A DNA stretch of 64,000 bases from Deltaproteobacteria bacterium (GCA_016193465.1 JACPSE010000124.1:290-64289), one strand, 5' to 3'. Positions 47,856 to 58,961 are shown, counted from the stretch's first letter. Made by a program: numbers and translations. The notes: a model not told the origin generated them from the letters alone.

Positions 47856-50800
47856 ATGCTTAACTTCATCAAAAAAATCATCGGCACGAAAAACGAGCGC
47901 GAGATCCGGCGCATTCAGCCCCTGGTGGAGCAGACTAACGCCCTCGAACCCCAATACGAGAAGCTCACCAACGCGGAGCTAAAGGCCAAGACTGACGAGT
48001 TTAAGAAAAGGATCCAGGAGGCGACCTCAGCCTGCCGCGCCGCGCTCGAAGAGAAACAAGCTCAGGCTGCGGCGGTAACCGGGGAGGAGCGCGAGGAGCT
48101 GAAGGCTGAGGCGGAGGGGATCGAGAAAGAATTGCGTCTGGCCGGAGCTAAGGTTCTCGATAGCCTCATCCCCGAGGCCTTTGCCGCAGTGCGCGAGGCC
48201 TCCAGGCGCACGATAGGGCTGCGCCATTTTGACGCCCAGCTCATTGGCGGCGTGGTCCTGCACGAGGGCAAGATCGCCGAGATGAAGACCGGTGAGGGCA
48301 AGACCCTGGTGGCCACGCTCCCGTTCTATCTGAACGCCCTTACAGGAGATGGAGTTCACCTCATCACGGTCAACGACTATCTCGCGCGCCGGGATGTCCA
48401 ATGGATGGGACCGATTTACCATCTGCTGGGTCTTTCCGTGGCCTCCATGGTGCACGAGGCGAGCTATCTCTTCGACCCTGCTTACATCACCAAGGACTAC
48501 CGTTATCTGAATCTCCGCCCCATCTCGCGCAAAGAGGCTTACCTGGCGGACATCACCTACGGGACCAACAATGAGTTTGGCTTCGATTATCTGCGCGACA
48601 ATATGAAATTTTCCCTGGAGGAATATGTCCAGCGGGATCTGAATTACGCCATCGTGGACGAGGTCGACAATATCCTGATCGACGAGGCCAGGACGCCGCT
48701 GATCATCTCTGGTCCTGCGGAGGAATCGACCGACAAGTACTACATCATCGATCGGATTATCCCCAAGCTGCAGCGCGGCGCGGTCATTCAGGGGGATGCC
48801 TCGCAGGAAAAGCGCGCCGAGATCGAGGCGCAGGGCGACTATACGGTCGATGAAAAGAGCCGGACGGTTACGCTGACCGAGACCGGAGTGGCCAAGGTCG
48901 AGCGCCTGCTCAGTATCCACAACCTCTACGATCCGCGGCAGATCGATACCCTGCACCACGTTAACCAGGCCCTTAAGGCCCACGCGCTTTTTAAACGCGA
49001 TGTCGATTACGTCATTAAGGATGGCGAGGTGATCATCGTCGACGAATTCACCGGCCGCCTCATGCCCGGAAGGCGCTGGTCCGACGGTCTCCATCAGGCG
49101 ATCGAAGCCAGAGAAGGGGTGCACATTCGCGAGGAGAATCAAACCCTGGCGACGATCACGATTCAGAACTATTTCCGCATGTACAAAAAGCTCGCCGGCA
49201 TGACCGGGACAGCCGACACCGAGGCCACGGAGTTCAAGAAGATCTATAAGCTCGACGTGGTGGTTGTCCCAACGCACAGGAAGATGATCCGCAATGATAA
49301 TGCCGATATGGTCTACCGGAGCGAGAAAGAGAAGTTCGACGCGGTAGTGGAGGAGATTGAGGCGTGCGATCAGAAAGGCCAGCCGGTTTTGGTCGGCACG
49401 ACCTCGGTGGCGAAGTCCGAGCGTCTCTCCCGGATGCTCAAGAAAAAAGGGATCAAGCATAACGTGCTGAACGCCGTAAATCACGAGGCGGAGGCGAGCA
49501 TCATCGCCCAGGCCGGTCGGTTTGAGGCCGTGACCATTGCCACTAACATGGCCGGGCGGGGGACCGATATTTTGCTCGGTGGCAATCCGGAATTTTTGGC
49601 CCGTTCGGACATGGAGAACGAATGGATCAGCCGGGCCTCCAAACTGCCGTTGCAAGGGGCCACGCGATACGAAGATGCGCTGCGGGAGCTAAGGGAGAAA
49701 TGCGAAGAGGAGATCCAGCGGGTGGAAGCGCGTTATCGCAAGGAAGCGGAGATCCACGAGCAGAAACGAGGGAATGCGCTGAAAAGGGCCACCGAGATCC
49801 AGCGCCGCTTAAGAGAGCTTTCCCCGTTTCGAGGGCTGCGGCAGGAATACGAAGAGGTCTCAACCAGCGAATTGATCGAGGCGCTGCATGAGCTGCGCGG
49901 CATTCCCGGGGGTTACCTTAAAGTTAAGGAGAAGCTGGAAGAAACCCTTTTTAAGGAAGGGGATGCGGGAGCTATCGAGGCCCGGCGCGCCTTTGAAGAG
50001 GCCCGCGACTCCTTCGGAGAATACCTGGATCGCTGGCAGCGGGGGGATGGTGAAAGACGCGAACTCATGGAGGCCCTGGACGAGAAGAGGCGCAACTACG
50101 AACAGCGTATTAACGATTACGAGGTCGGGGTGACGAACGCGGTTCTGTCGCAGGGGGAACATGCTCCCTTGGTCGCGGAATACGAGGAGACTCGCCGGGC
50201 GTATGAAGAGGCGGAGGCGCGCTGCGAGGAACTCCGGCGTCCTTACGAGGAGGCGGTTCGTGAGGCGCAGAGGAGTTACGAGGCCAAACGGCAGGAGTAT
50301 GTTCGCATAGTCGAGGAGATTCGAGAACAGTTGGAGAAGGCCCCGGAAGCCTACCGGCAGAGATACGAGGAGATCCTGGAAGGGTATAACAAGCTGTGCG
50401 CCGAAGAGAGGGAGAAGGTTATTGCCGCCGGGGGGCTCCACATCGTCGGGACAGAACGGCACGAGAGCCGCAGGATCGACAACCAGTTGCGCGGCCGTTC
50501 CGGCCGCCAGGGCGATCCGGGTTCGTCCCGTTTCTACCTTTCGCTGGAAGATGATCTCATGCGCATCTTTGGCGCGGATCGGATTCAGGGCATTATGAAC
50601 CGCTTGGGCATGGAAGAGGGCGTGCCTATCGAGCATCGCCTGGTGACCCGGGCCATAGAGAACGCCCAGAAAAAGGTCGAGGCCCATAACTTCGATATCC
50701 GCAAACACCTCCTGGAATACGATGACGTTATGAACAAGCAGCGGGAGGTGATCTACCACCAGAGGAGGGAAGTCCTCAAAGGGGAGAACCTGAAAGAGGA

Positions 50801-51452
50801 TGTCCTGGAAATGGCCCAGGGCTTGGGTGAGGATATGGTGGGGCGCTGCGTGGATAAAAATCTCCACCCCTCGGAGTGGGACCTCAGCGGGCTGCGGGAG
50901 GCGCTCTATCACCAATTTAATTTTCGTCTGGATCTGAAGCCAGAGGAACAGGAAGATTTGAGCGTCGAGAAGCTGCAGGAAATTGTTGTGGAGAAGCTAA
51001 GCCAGACCTACGAGAAGAAGGAAGAGCGGTTCAGCTCTCCTATGCTCCGGCAGTTGGAGAAGATTATCATGCTCCAGACGATCGACAGCTTGTGGAAGGA
51101 CCACCTCCTTAATATGGACCATCTGAAAGAGGGGGTTGGGTTGCGTGGTTATGGCCAGAAGAACCCTTTGCAGGAGTATCAGAAGGAAGGGTTCGAGATG
51201 TTTGAGGAGATGGTCCGCCAGATTCAAGTGGATGTCGTGCAGAAGCTCTTTACCATTGAAATGGCGCGGGAAGGCGCTTTAGAAGAGATGGAAGTTCAGC
51301 GTCGCCCGCAGAGAATTGTTTTGAGCCATGGCGGCGACGGGGAAGAGCCGGCGCGGGTGACCCCGATCAAGCGGCAGGGCAGTAAGGTTGGCAGGAACCA
51401 GCCTTGTCCCTGCGGCAGCGGCAAGAAGTACAAACGTTGTTGCGGCAAATGA
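47856..51452 (+). CDS. secA: Preprotein translocase ATPase SecA with about 270-aa expanded variable (VAR) subdomain
   Basis: Walker [42 protein letters not shown]-terminal zinc site [14 protein letters not shown]; 1198 aa with E/R/A-rich insertion about 49600..50430. Confidence 0.95.
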   Translation: MLNFIKKIIGTKNEREIRRIQPLVEQTNALEPQYEKLTNAELKAKTDEFKKRIQEATSACRAALEEKQAQAAAVTGEEREELKAEAEGIEKELRLAGAKVLDSLIPEAFAAVREASRRTIGLRHFDAQLIGGVVLHEGKIAEMKTGEGKTLVATLPFYLNALTGDGVHLITVNDYLARRDVQWMGPIYHLLGLSVASMVHEASYLFDPAYITKDYRYLNLRPISRKEAYLADITYGTNNEFGFDYLRDNMKFSLEEYVQRDLNYAIVDEVDNILIDEARTPLIISGPAEESTDKYYIIDRIIPKLQRGAVIQGDASQEKRAEIEAQGDYTVDEKSRTVTLTETGVAKVERLLSIHNLYDPRQIDTLHHVNQALKAHALFKRDVDYVIKDGEVIIVDEFTGRLMPGRRWSDGLHQAIEAREGVHIREENQTLATITIQNYFRMYKKLAGMTGTADTEATEFKKIYKLDVVVVPTHRKMIRNDNADMVYRSEKEKFDAVVEEIEACDQKGQPVLVGTTSVAKSERLSRMLKKKGIKHNVLNAVNHEAEASIIAQAGRFEAVTIATNMAGRGTDILLGGNPEFLARSDMENEWISRASKLPLQGATRYEDALRELREKCEEEIQRVEARYRKEAEIHEQKRGNALKRATEIQRRLRELSPFRGLRQEYEEVSTSELIEALHELRGIPGGYLKVKEKLEETLFKEGDAGAIEARRAFEEARDSFGEYLDRWQRGDGERRELMEALDEKRRNYEQRINDYEVGVTNAVLSQGEHAPLVAEYEETRRAYEEAEARCEELRRPYEEAVREAQRSYEAKRQEYVRIVEEIREQLEKAPEAYRQRYEEILEGYNKLCAEEREKVIAAGGLHIVGTERHESRRIDNQLRGRSGRQGDPGSSRFYLSLEDDLMRIFGADRIQGIMNRLGMEEGVPIEHRLVTRAIENAQKKVEAHNFDIRKHLLEYDDVMNKQREVIYHQRREVLKGENLKEDVLEMAQGLGEDMVGRCVDKNLHPSEWDLSGLREALYHQFNFRLDLKPEEQEDLSVEKLQEIVVEKLSQTYEKKEERFSSPMLRQLEKIIMLQTIDSLWKDHLLNMDHLKEGVGLRGYGQKNPLQEYQKEGFEMFEEMVRQIQVDVVQKLFTIEMAREGALEEMEVQRRPQRIVLSHGGDGEEPARVTPIKRQGSKVGRNQPCPCGSGKKYKRCCGK

Positions 51453-51490
51453 GAACGTGGCTCGTGATCGTGGTTCGTGCTCGTCGTGGG
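51453..51490. repeat. CGTG/CACGA-rich repeat, left flank of four-helix-bundle gene
   Basis: gaacgtggctcgtgatcgtggttcgtgctcgtcgtggg. Confidence 0.5.
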
Positions 51491-51532
51491 TAAGAATACT
51501 TGGCAGATCGCCCCAAAGAGGTCGCGGAATCA

Positions 51533-51889
51533 ATGAAATCCGTTGAGGACCTAGACGTCTTCAAGCTTGCCCATGAACTCACTCTAAGAATCTACAAAGT
51601 AACGGCTGATTTTCCGCGAGAAGAGAGCTTTGGCATTGTCTCGCAGATGAGACGAGCGGTAAGCTCTGTAGGAGCGAATTTAGTTGAGGGATCCATGAGG
51701 CTTAATAGCCGGGAGTTCAGGCAGTTTGTAGGTATTGCTAGGGGCTCAGCGGCTGAAGTCGGCTACCAACTACTTTTGGCCAGGGATTTGGGCTATATCT
51801 CAAATCAGGTCTACGAAGAAACTCGGTCAGACTACGACAGAGTAGGTCAGATGCTTACTTGCCTGGGTCAATCACTGGATCGTGAGTAG
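51533..51889 (+). CDS. Four-helix-bundle protein (23S rRNA intervening-sequence protein family, TIGR02436-like)
   Basis: DLDVFKLAHELTLRIYKVTADFPREE..GIVSQMRRAVSSVGANLVEG...ARGSAAEV.YQLLLARDLGYI. Confidence 0.7.
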   Translation: MKSVEDLDVFKLAHELTLRIYKVTADFPREESFGIVSQMRRAVSSVGANLVEGSMRLNSREFRQFVGIARGSAAEVGYQLLLARDLGYISNQVYEETRSDYDRVGQMLTCLGQSLDRE

Positions 51890-51950
51890 CGAGGACGAAC
51901 CACGAGCACTATCAATGAAACGAACACGAGCAACGAGCACGAACACGATT
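51890..51950. repeat. CGTG/CACGA-rich repeat, right flank (inverted relative to left flank)
   Basis: cgaggacgaaccacgagcactatcaatgaaacgaacacgagcaacgagcacgaacacga. Confidence 0.5.
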
Positions 51951-53126
51951 AAAGGTCCCGGTTTTAAATTCGCCGGCGTCGCCTGCGGCATCAAGAAAAG
52001 CAAGAAAAAGGATCTCGCCTTGATCTTTTGCGAACGGCCCGCCACGGCCGCCGCGCTTTTTACCACCAACCGGGTGAAAGCCGCCCCGGTGCTTGTCGGG
52101 ATGAGACGAATGCGCCGCGGGATCGCTCAGGCGGTAGTCGTGAACAGCGGCAACGCCAACGCCTGCACCGGCGCCAGGGGGCTTCGGGACGCCGAAGCCA
52201 CCTGCCGCCAGGTCGGTGCCCGGCTCGGGATAGACCCCGGGCTGGTGATTCCTTGCTCCACGGGTATTATCGGAGTCCCGATGCCCATGGAAAAAGTGAG
52301 GAGCGGGATCGAGAGGGCTGCTGCCAGCCTTTCGGCCGATTCTTTTTCACATGCCGCCGAGGCGATCCTTACGACCGATCGTTTTATCAAGGTTGCCTCC
52401 GCTACCTGTTCGCTGAAGGGCAAAAAGGTCGTGCTTGCAGGAATGGTGAAAGGGGCGGGAATGATTGCCCCTAACATGGCCACCATGCTGGCCTATATTC
52501 TCACCAATGCGGCAGTGGAGCATCGTAGTCTCCGTAGTATCCTGCGCCGCTCGGCGGAAGAGAGCTTCAACCGTGTCACGGTGGATGGGGATGTGAGCAC
52601 GAACGACACGGTTCTCTTTCTGGCCAACGGCCTTGCCGGGAACTCCCCGGTAAGGCGGGCAAGCAGGGAGGAAAGAGTTCTCGTCAGAGCGGCTCAGGAG
52701 CTCATGAAGGAGCTTGCCATCAAGCTGGTCGAAGACGGGGAGGGAGCGACCAAGGTCGTTGAGGTTTTTGTCGAGGGCGCCCGCACTGTGGCCGAGGCCA
52801 AAAAGGTTGCCTTCTCTGTTGGCAATTCCAAGCTTGTCAAAACCGCGTTTTTCGGATCCGACCCCAATTTTGGCCGCATCATGGCGGCTATCGGTTATGC
52901 GGGGGTGCCAATCCGCCCTGAACGGATCGACATTGCCTTTGACAACGTTACGGTAGTGAAGAGCGGTGTAGGGATGGCGTCCAGAGAAAAAAAGGCGGCC
53001 CGTGTCTTAAGGCACCCCTCGTTGCGGCTGAAAATAGACCTGCATCAGGGAAGGCGGTCGGCCGCTGTGTGGACCTCGGATTTAAGCTACGAATACGTGC
53101 GTATTAACTCGGCTTATAGAACGTGA
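51915..53126 (+). CDS. argJ: Bifunctional glutamate N-acetyltransferase / amino-acid acetyltransferase ArgJ
   Basis: ATMLAYILTNAAV self-cleavage site region and ArgJ body; start chosen after repeat-encoded leader of ORF. Confidence 0.85.
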   Translation: MKRTRATSTNTIKGPGFKFAGVACGIKKSKKKDLALIFCERPATAAALFTTNRVKAAPVLVGMRRMRRGIAQAVVVNSGNANACTGARGLRDAEATCRQVGARLGIDPGLVIPCSTGIIGVPMPMEKVRSGIERAAASLSADSFSHAAEAILTTDRFIKVASATCSLKGKKVVLAGMVKGAGMIAPNMATMLAYILTNAAVEHRSLRSILRRSAEESFNRVTVDGDVSTNDTVLFLANGLAGNSPVRRASREERVLVRAAQELMKELAIKLVEDGEGATKVVEVFVEGARTVAEAKKVAFSVGNSKLVKTAFFGSDPNFGRIMAAIGYAGVPIRPERIDIAFDNVTVVKSGVGMASREKKAARVLRHPSLRLKIDLHQGRRSAAVWTSDLSYEYVRINSAYRT

Positions 53127-53172
53127 ACAAGGCTTCAGCCATCAGCTTAAAGCACAATTGACGGCTGAGAGC

Positions 53173-54618
53173 TTAGTTTCCTAGTTTTTTCCTCAGTATC
53201 TCATTGACCATTTGGGGGTTGGCCTTGCCCCGGGTGGCCTTCATGACTTGCCCCACCAGAAAGCCGAAAACCTTCTCTTTTCCGGCGCGATAGTCTGATA
53301 CCTGCTCCGGCTGGCCGGCAAGCACCTCGTCGATGGCCCTTTCGATGTTGCCCGCGTCCGTGACCTGCTCTAAGCCTTTCTCGCGGACTATCCTGTCCGG
53401 GGACTCTCGTCGTTCCAGCATCTCTAGAAATAGAGCTTTGGCCATCTTGCCGCTGATCTTTCCTTCATCGATCATGCGGACCATCTCGGCTAAATGATCG
53501 GGGGCAATCGGCCAGGCGGTGATGCGGAGGTTCTCATCCAGTTTCTTCTCCCTGATGATCCGAAAGAGATCGCCCATGACCCAATTGCTGATCGCCTTGG
53601 GATTGGGGTGGCTCTTCACTGCCGCTTCGAAGTAGTCCGCCACATCCCTGCGACTTGTGAGAAGCTCGGCATCGTAGAGGGGGAGAGCGTATTCGGACAT
53701 AAAGCGTTCCTTTTGCTGCTCTGGCAGTTCCGGAAGGCCGGCCCTGATCGCTTCGATCCATTTTTCCTCGATGATAAGGGGGAGCAGATCTGGCTCCGGG
53801 AAATAGCGGTAGTCGTGGGCAAACTCCTTGGAGCGCATGGAGCGGGTGATTTCACGCTCCGCGTCCCAAAGCCTGGTTTCCTGGATAAGTTTGCCTCCTT
53901 CCGAGAGGGTCTCGATCTGCCTCCGGATCTCATATTCCAGGGCCTTTTCTACCGCCTTGAAGGAGTTCATGTTCTTGATCTCAACCTTGGTGCCGAACTC
54001 GCTGGAGCCGCGCGGACGCACGGAAATATTGGCATCGCAGCGAAAGGAGCCTTCCTCCATGTTGCCATCGCAGACCTCTAGATATTGCAAAATGGCTCTC
54101 AGATTCTTGAGGTAGCGGCCGGCCTCTTCGGCGCTGCGGATATCCGGCTCGCTGACGATCTCCATGAGCGGGACGCCGGCTCGATTCAGATCTACCAGAC
54201 TGTAGTCCCCACGGACGTCGTGGATGTTTTTTCCCGCGTCTTCCTCCATGTGGATGCGGGTCAGGCGGATTTTCTTTTTGCCCCCATTGGACTCGATCTC
54301 GATGTGACCGTTGCGGCATAAGGGCAGCTCGTACTGGCTGATCTGATAGCCCTTGGGAAGGTCGGGGTAGAAGTAGTTTTTTCTGGCCCAACGGCTGAAG
54401 CGCGCGATCTCGCAGTGAGTGGCCAGCCCTGTGCGGACGGCGAATTCAACGACTTTCTTGTTGAGCACCGGCAAGACTCCAGGGAATCCCATGCATACCG
54501 GACAGCTATTTTGGTTGGGATGTGCCCCAAAACGTGTCGAGCAGCCGCAGAAAATCTTGGACTCGGTTAAAAGCTGGGCGTGGACCTCAAGGCCGATGAC
54601 AGGCTCGTAGTTGCTCAT
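53173..54618 (-). CDS. gatB: Asp/Glu-tRNA amidotransferase subunit B
   Basis: [16 protein letters not shown]..., C-terminal YqeY-like domain. Confidence 0.95.
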   Translation of the reverse strand: MSNYEPVIGLEVHAQLLTESKIFCGCSTRFGAHPNQNSCPVCMGFPGVLPVLNKKVVEFAVRTGLATHCEIARFSRWARKNYFYPDLPKGYQISQYELPLCRNGHIEIESNGGKKKIRLTRIHMEEDAGKNIHDVRGDYSLVDLNRAGVPLMEIVSEPDIRSAEEAGRYLKNLRAILQYLEVCDGNMEEGSFRCDANISVRPRGSSEFGTKVEIKNMNSFKAVEKALEYEIRRQIETLSEGGKLIQETRLWDAEREITRSMRSKEFAHDYRYFPEPDLLPLIIEEKWIEAIRAGLPELPEQQKERFMSEYALPLYDAELLTSRRDVADYFEAAVKSHPNPKAISNWVMGDLFRIIREKKLDENLRITAWPIAPDHLAEMVRMIDEGKISGKMAKALFLEMLERRESPDRIVREKGLEQVTDAGNIERAIDEVLAGQPEQVSDYRAGKEKVFGFLVGQVMKATRGKANPQMVNEILRKKLGN

Positions 54619-55016
54619 TTCTTACCGCCTATCTTTTCCCGAATCTCAGTAACGATGGCTTTCGCGTCTTTCAGTGCATTTTGAGCATCCGCCTTCGTAG
54701 GCTCCCCCGCGGGCAGCAGGCCTGGAAGGGCATCGGCATATCGTGTCGGAATGTAGAAACGATCCAGGTTCCGGCACAGTGTCCGCCACTTCCGCAGCTC
54801 AGTGCGGATTCCAGCGTCGTAGAGAAGCATCTGCTCCAGGGAATGGCTCTTGGGATGAGTTCCTAGTCGGGCATCCAAGAGTCCCTTTAGTGCTTTTTCA
54901 ACGGCCTGCTGGGCGTGAAAGCAGGTTTGCCGGAAAATGCTCCGAGACAAGGCGTATTCAGCCATCTCGATGTCTTCATTCGCAAGTTCCAACCAGCGCT
55001 CAGCCTCAGGCTTCAT
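54615..55016 (-). CDS. HEPN domain protein (putative toxin/partner of adjacent nucleotidyltransferase)
   Basis: HEPN helices with R..(4-6)..H-type motif ([12 protein letters not shown]) ; 133 aa; 4-nt overlap with upstream NTase gene. Confidence 0.65.
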   Translation of the reverse strand: MKPEAERWLELANEDIEMAEYALSRSIFRQTCFHAQQAVEKALKGLLDARLGTHPKSHSLEQMLLYDAGIRTELRKWRTLCRNLDRFYIPTRYADALPGLLPAGEPTKADAQNALKDAKAIVTEIREKIGGKK

Positions 55017-56203
55017 ACCGGAAAAAGCACTTGCCCTTTCTTGAGAATCTCACCCCTCACGAAGAAGTGCCCCTCCTGCTCCGCCCGATTAAACTCCTCA
55101 GGGGTATAGACAATGGCATTCAGGCCAACCCGTGGTTGGAGCAGGTCCATGACTTCTCGGATGCGATCCAAGAAGCTCGCCGGAGTCGATTTCACAATAG
55201 CCAGATCAATATCGCTCCACTGGTGAACCGCATCTGGGGAATGGTCGGCAAGGGAGCCGAAGAGGATAATACGCTCAGGACGATACTGTTCGACCAACTT
55301 GCTCTTGATTCGTTCCAGCTCTCGTAGGAGCGTTTCTCTCCTGTCAAAGAGCTTCCGGAAGATTTTTTTGAGCTCTGGCCTTAGGGGGTGAGCCGCCCGC
55401 GGGTTTGTAAACAGACGACTATGGACTCTCACATCGTGAAAGTGTGGGACTAGCTTCATCCATACGAGAGCGCTTATGCGGGATGTTCCTCCCCTATCGT
55501 CAGGGAGACAAAAGAGCCCATCGGGGACTCGCTCGTTTCTAATTTCACGTCTTAGAGCATTAGCCTTGTAAACCTCATCCCCCCAGAGGACCGACTCCAT
55601 ATCTTCTAAGCGGCCTCCGCGTGCTCCGACAACCAGGACCGTCGGCTTCCCGGACGGGAGTTGGTCAAGTTCTTTCGTAATTCGTTGACGCAACTCCTGA
55701 GAGGCCGGAATTCCTCGGATCTCTGAATTATCTCTAGCGGTGGTCGGATCAAAGGTTGCCTCGACGGTGACGCGACCATAGACACGCGTATCATCAGCAA
55801 CGGTATCCGACCCGTAAACAGGCGGGAACCTATCCTCCCTGGTCGTGACCTCGAGGAATACTTCTTGCCCCTTTAACTGGCACTTCAAGTCACATTTGGC
55901 GGCGCCAACTTTCGGCGCCAGTTCCAACTTGTCGGCAACGGGAGCTAGCATGGCTGCAACTCTTATTTCGTACATCGCCGCGAGGAACTGGCCGGCGTTT
56001 TGCAACAACGTTCGATAGGCGGTTGCGATTTTAACGCATGGCAAGTGACGTGTCAGAAGCTCAAGGTCTTGTTCCACCTGCCACAGCGGAAGGATGCCGA
56101 GTTGCTCAAACTCGCGCTTCCGCGCACTAAGGTTGCGACTCCCAAGCAGTTCGGCTAGACGAGGGAACTTATTCGAGATTAGAGAAGTCAACGTATTATC
56201 CAT
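55013..56203 (-). CDS. Minimal nucleotidyltransferase (MNT) domain protein with about 290-aa N-terminal domain of unknown function
   Basis: C-terminal [10 protein letters not shown]...DIDLAIV (GS...D.D) pol-beta-type NTase motif; start MDNTL overlaps gatA stop by 8 nt; upstream ORF extension overlapping gatA rejected. Confidence 0.6.
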   Translation of the reverse strand: MDNTLTSLISNKFPRLAELLGSRNLSARKREFEQLGILPLWQVEQDLELLTRHLPCVKIATAYRTLLQNAGQFLAAMYEIRVAAMLAPVADKLELAPKVGAAKCDLKCQLKGQEVFLEVTTREDRFPPVYGSDTVADDTRVYGRVTVEATFDPTTARDNSEIRGIPASQELRQRITKELDQLPSGKPTVLVVGARGGRLEDMESVLWGDEVYKANALRREIRNERVPDGLFCLPDDRGGTSRISALVWMKLVPHFHDVRVHSRLFTNPRAAHPLRPELKKIFRKLFDRRETLLRELERIKSKLVEQYRPERIILFGSLADHSPDAVHQWSDIDLAIVKSTPASFLDRIREVMDLLQPRVGLNAIVYTPEEFNRAEQEGHFFVRGEILKKGQVLFPV

Positions 56204-57662
56204 GGTCGAGCAGCGGTTTCTTTTTGTGCCATTCCGTGGCCTGCTCATAGGCGAAGGCCAGCCTGAGGATCGTGGCCTCGTCGAAATGCCTGCCGATGAT
56301 CTGCATGCCGATGGGTAGCCCCTCAGCGTCAAAACCGCACGGCACCGAGATTGCGGGGAGCCCCGCGAGGTTCGCCGAGATGGTAAAGATATCGGAGAGA
56401 TACATCTGCAACGGATCCTGGGTCTTTTCTCCGATCTTAAATGCGGTGGTGGGCGCCGTGGGGGTAATGATGGCGTCACATTTTCGGAACGCCGCTTCGA
56501 AATCCTTCTTGACGAGAGTCCTCACCCGCTGGGCCTTCAGGTAATAGGCGTCGTAGTAGCCGGCTGAGAGGGCATAGGTCCCGAGCATGATCCGCCGCTT
56601 CACTTCCGCTCCGAATCCTTGCTCCCTGCTCCTCGTGTAGGTCTCAGTGAGATCCCTGGCGAGGGCGCGATAGCCGTACTTCATGCCGTCGTAACGCGCC
56701 AGGTTGGAGCTGGCCTCGGCCGTTGCGATGATATAATAGACCGCGACCGCGTACTCCGTGTGCGGCAGAGAGACCTTCTCGATTCTGATGCCGTTTTTTT
56801 CCAGCACGCGAATCGCCTCTTTAACGGCCTGTTCCACTTCCGGCTGCATTCCGGGGATAAAATACTCTTTGGGGATCCCGACTCTTAGCCCTTTCGCATC
56901 GCCGTTCAGAAAGCTGGCGTAAGCGGGGACAGGCGCGTTGACCGAAGTGGAGTCCGACGGATCATAGCCGGCGACCGCCTCCAGCATCAGGGCGCAGTCA
57001 GTGACATTTTTTGTCATCGGGCCGACCTGATCCAGGGAAGAGGCGAAGGCGATGATGCCGTAGCGGCTGACTCGACCATAAGTAGGTTTTAGCCCCACGA
57101 TCCCGCAGCAGGCCGCAGGCTGGCGGATGGAGCCTCCCGTATCGGTCCCCAGCGCAGCGATGCATTGATCCGCAGCCACTGCCGCTGCTGAGCCGCCGGA
57201 GGAGCCGCCGGGGACCCGATCCAGTTTCCAGGGGTTATGGGTTATGGCGATAGCGGAGTTTTCCGTCGAGGAGCCCATGGCAAACTCGTCCATGTTTGTT
57301 TTCCCCACGGCGACGGCTCCGGCTTCTTTCAATTTTCTTACCGCAGTGCCGTCGTAAGGAGGGACAAAGTTTCCCAATATCTTGGAGGCGCAGGTCGTCA
57401 ACACCCCTTGGGTGAGAAAGATATCCTTCAGGGCAAGTGGAATGCCCAGCAACGGGGAAGATTCTCCGCCTTTTCCGAGTCTTTCGTCGGCCTGCTTCGC
57501 CTCTGCAATGGCCTTGTCCCGGCAAAGCGTGATATAGGAGTGTAATTTATCCTCGGTGGCCGAGATCCTGCGGAACACCGACTCGGTGACCTCTACCGAC
57601 GAGACCTCGCGCTTTTTGAGTTTCCCGTGCAGCTCGTGAAGGGTTAAGGTATGGAGGCTCAT
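56196..57662 (-). CDS. gatA: Glutamyl-tRNA(Gln) amidotransferase subunit A
   Basis: Amidase signature [13 protein letters not shown], Ser-cisSer-Lys triad region. Confidence 0.95.
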   Translation of the reverse strand: MSLHTLTLHELHGKLKKREVSSVEVTESVFRRISATEDKLHSYITLCRDKAIAEAKQADERLGKGGESSPLLGIPLALKDIFLTQGVLTTCASKILGNFVPPYDGTAVRKLKEAGAVAVGKTNMDEFAMGSSTENSAIAITHNPWKLDRVPGGSSGGSAAAVAADQCIAALGTDTGGSIRQPAACCGIVGLKPTYGRVSRYGIIAFASSLDQVGPMTKNVTDCALMLEAVAGYDPSDSTSVNAPVPAYASFLNGDAKGLRVGIPKEYFIPGMQPEVEQAVKEAIRVLEKNGIRIEKVSLPHTEYAVAVYYIIATAEASSNLARYDGMKYGYRALARDLTETYTRSREQGFGAEVKRRIMLGTYALSAGYYDAYYLKAQRVRTLVKKDFEAAFRKCDAIITPTAPTTAFKIGEKTQDPLQMYLSDIFTISANLAGLPAISVPCGFDAEGLPIGMQIIGRHFDEATILRLAFAYEQATEWHKKKPLLDHG

Positions 57663-57946
57663 TCAATGATCTTTGGAACTTTAAAGAAATCCCTTTCCCG
57701 TGCCGGCGCGTTAGCAAGCAGGGTATCGGGCGAGGGTTGGTTGACAACGCGATCTTCGCGGAAGGCGTTGACGATGTCCGCCACGTGGGCGAGTGGCTCC
57801 ACATTTGCCGTATCCAGTTGGTTCAGCTTCTCGATGTATTGAAGGATCCTGTCCAGTTGGCCGGTTAGAATTTCCTCCTCTTGCGGAGAGAACTGCAGGC
57901 GGGCCAACAGGGCGACTCGCTGGACTTCGTCACGGGTAATTTTCAT
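57659..57946 (-). CDS. gatC: Asp/Glu-tRNA amidotransferase subunit C
   Basis: [25 protein letters not shown], 95 aa, overlaps gatA. Confidence 0.9.
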   Translation of the reverse strand: MKITRDEVQRVALLARLQFSPQEEEILTGQLDRILQYIEKLNQLDTANVEPLAHVADIVNAFREDRVVNQPSPDTLLANAPARERDFFKVPKIIE

Positions 57947-57960
57947 ATGATTTTTCTAAC

Positions 57961-58066
57961 ATAGGCGAATAGGCAATAGCAATCAGCGGACTTAGGCGTG
58001 AGGCGGTAGGCGTCAGGCAACAGTTGAGCCTTTTCTATCGCCTATTGCCTGATGCCTGTTGCCTTC
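57961..58066. repeat. Heptamer-arm hairpin element between gatC and rnhB
   Basis: ataggcgaataggcaatagc...gcgtgaggcggtaggcgtcaggcaacag-ttgagcc-ttttctatcgcctattgcctgatgcctgttgcc. Confidence 0.6.
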
Positions 58067-58118
58067 TTTTTTAGCTTTTTATTTGCAGTTCTATTCCCTT
58101 TTGGTTAAAAAGGAGTGC

Positions 58119-58961
58119 ATGAAGGAAAGTTGGAATAGCGCCGAACTGGAGGAAGAAGCCTATTCTCGCGGCTTTAAGTGTGTCGCCGGGCTGGACGAAG
58201 TAGGCAGGGGACCGTGGGCGGGTCCGGTGGTGGCCGCCGCTGTGGTTCTCCCTCCGGGTGTGAGCCATCCAGAGATCAAAGACTCGAAACTCCTTACCGC
58301 TAAGAAACGGGAGGAACTAACGATTTGGATTAGAGAGCGGGCCGTGGCGTGGGGATTAGGGGTTGTTGAGTCCGAAGAGATCGACCGGATGAATATCCTG
58401 AAGGCGAGCCTTCTGGCGATGTCCCTCGCTTTTAAGCGCCTCAATCCGCTCCCGGATTACCTGCTGATTGACGGGCCGCATAAAATTCCGTTGGAGTTCC
58501 TAAGGGCAGAAGAAGCCAGGCAACAGGCAGAAGACAGGCGAGAGGCAACAGGCAACAGGCTAGAGCCGGGAGGCGACAGGAGGGAGGAAGATGATTTAGC
58601 TCTCGTCTCAAGCCTCACGCCTTCCGCCTCATGCCTTTCCCCTCACGCCTCGCGCCTCACGCCTCATGCCTTGCCCTTCCAGAAGGCGATCAAGAAGGGC
58701 GACCGGTTGTCTATTTCTATTGGCGCGGCCTCTATCGTGGCCAAGGTGGCGCGGGATGAGATAATGAAAAAATATGACAGCCTGTATCCTGAATACGGAT
58801 TTAGGCAGCATAAGGGCTACGGATCCCCTGCGCACCTGGCAGCGCTCCGTCGCTATGGCCCGGCGCCGATTCACCGCAGGAGCTTCAGGCCGGTGCGGGA
58901 ATGTCTCAGCTTACCAGCCTCCCAGCTTCCTAGCCTCCTAGCTTGGAGGCGAGAAGGCTAG
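58119..58961 (+). CDS. rnhB: Ribonuclease HII carrying an in-frame about 56-aa low-complexity insertion derived from a heptamer hairpin element
   Basis: GLDEVGRGPWAGPVV, LLIDG, KGD..S.SIGAASIVAKV, GYGS motifs; insert between LIDG and KGD (58514..58676); RBS aaaggag before ATG 58119. Confidence 0.85.
   Translation: MKESWNSAELEEEAYSRGFKCVAGLDEVGRGPWAGPVVAAAVVLPPGVSHPEIKDSKLLTAKKREELTIWIRERAVAWGLGVVESEEIDRMNILKASLLAMSLAFKRLNPLPDYLLIDGPHKIPLEFLRAEEARQQAEDRREATGNRLEPGGDRREEDDLALVSSLTPSASCLSPHASRLTPHALPFQKAIKKGDRLSISIGAASIVAKVARDEIMKKYDSLYPEYGFRQHKGYGSPAHLAALRRYGPAPIHRRSFRPVRECLSLPASQLPSLLAWRREG
58514..58676. repeat. Heptamer-arm hairpin element inserted in-frame within rnhB
   Basis: aggcaacaggcagaagacaggcgagaggcaacaggcaacaggc...ggaggaagatgatttagctctcg...cctcacgccttccgcctcatgcctttcccctcacgcctcgcgcctcacgcctcatgcc; centre matches 47778 element. 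Confidence 0.7.

Noticed and set aside
51500-51532. Earlier start (MADRPKEVAES) for the four-helix-bundle protein
   Set aside because: Those codons translate the CGTG repeat. Family members typically begin near the DLDVFK helix. The later Met was chosen, but the longer form cannot be excluded.
55013-56479. 488-aa version of the nucleotidyltransferase ORF beginning inside gatA
   Set aside because: First about 92 codons overlap the gatA 3' end in another frame and are Arg/Ser/Pro-rich nonsense. Start at MDNTL (56203), overlapping the gatA stop by 8 nt, is far more plausible.
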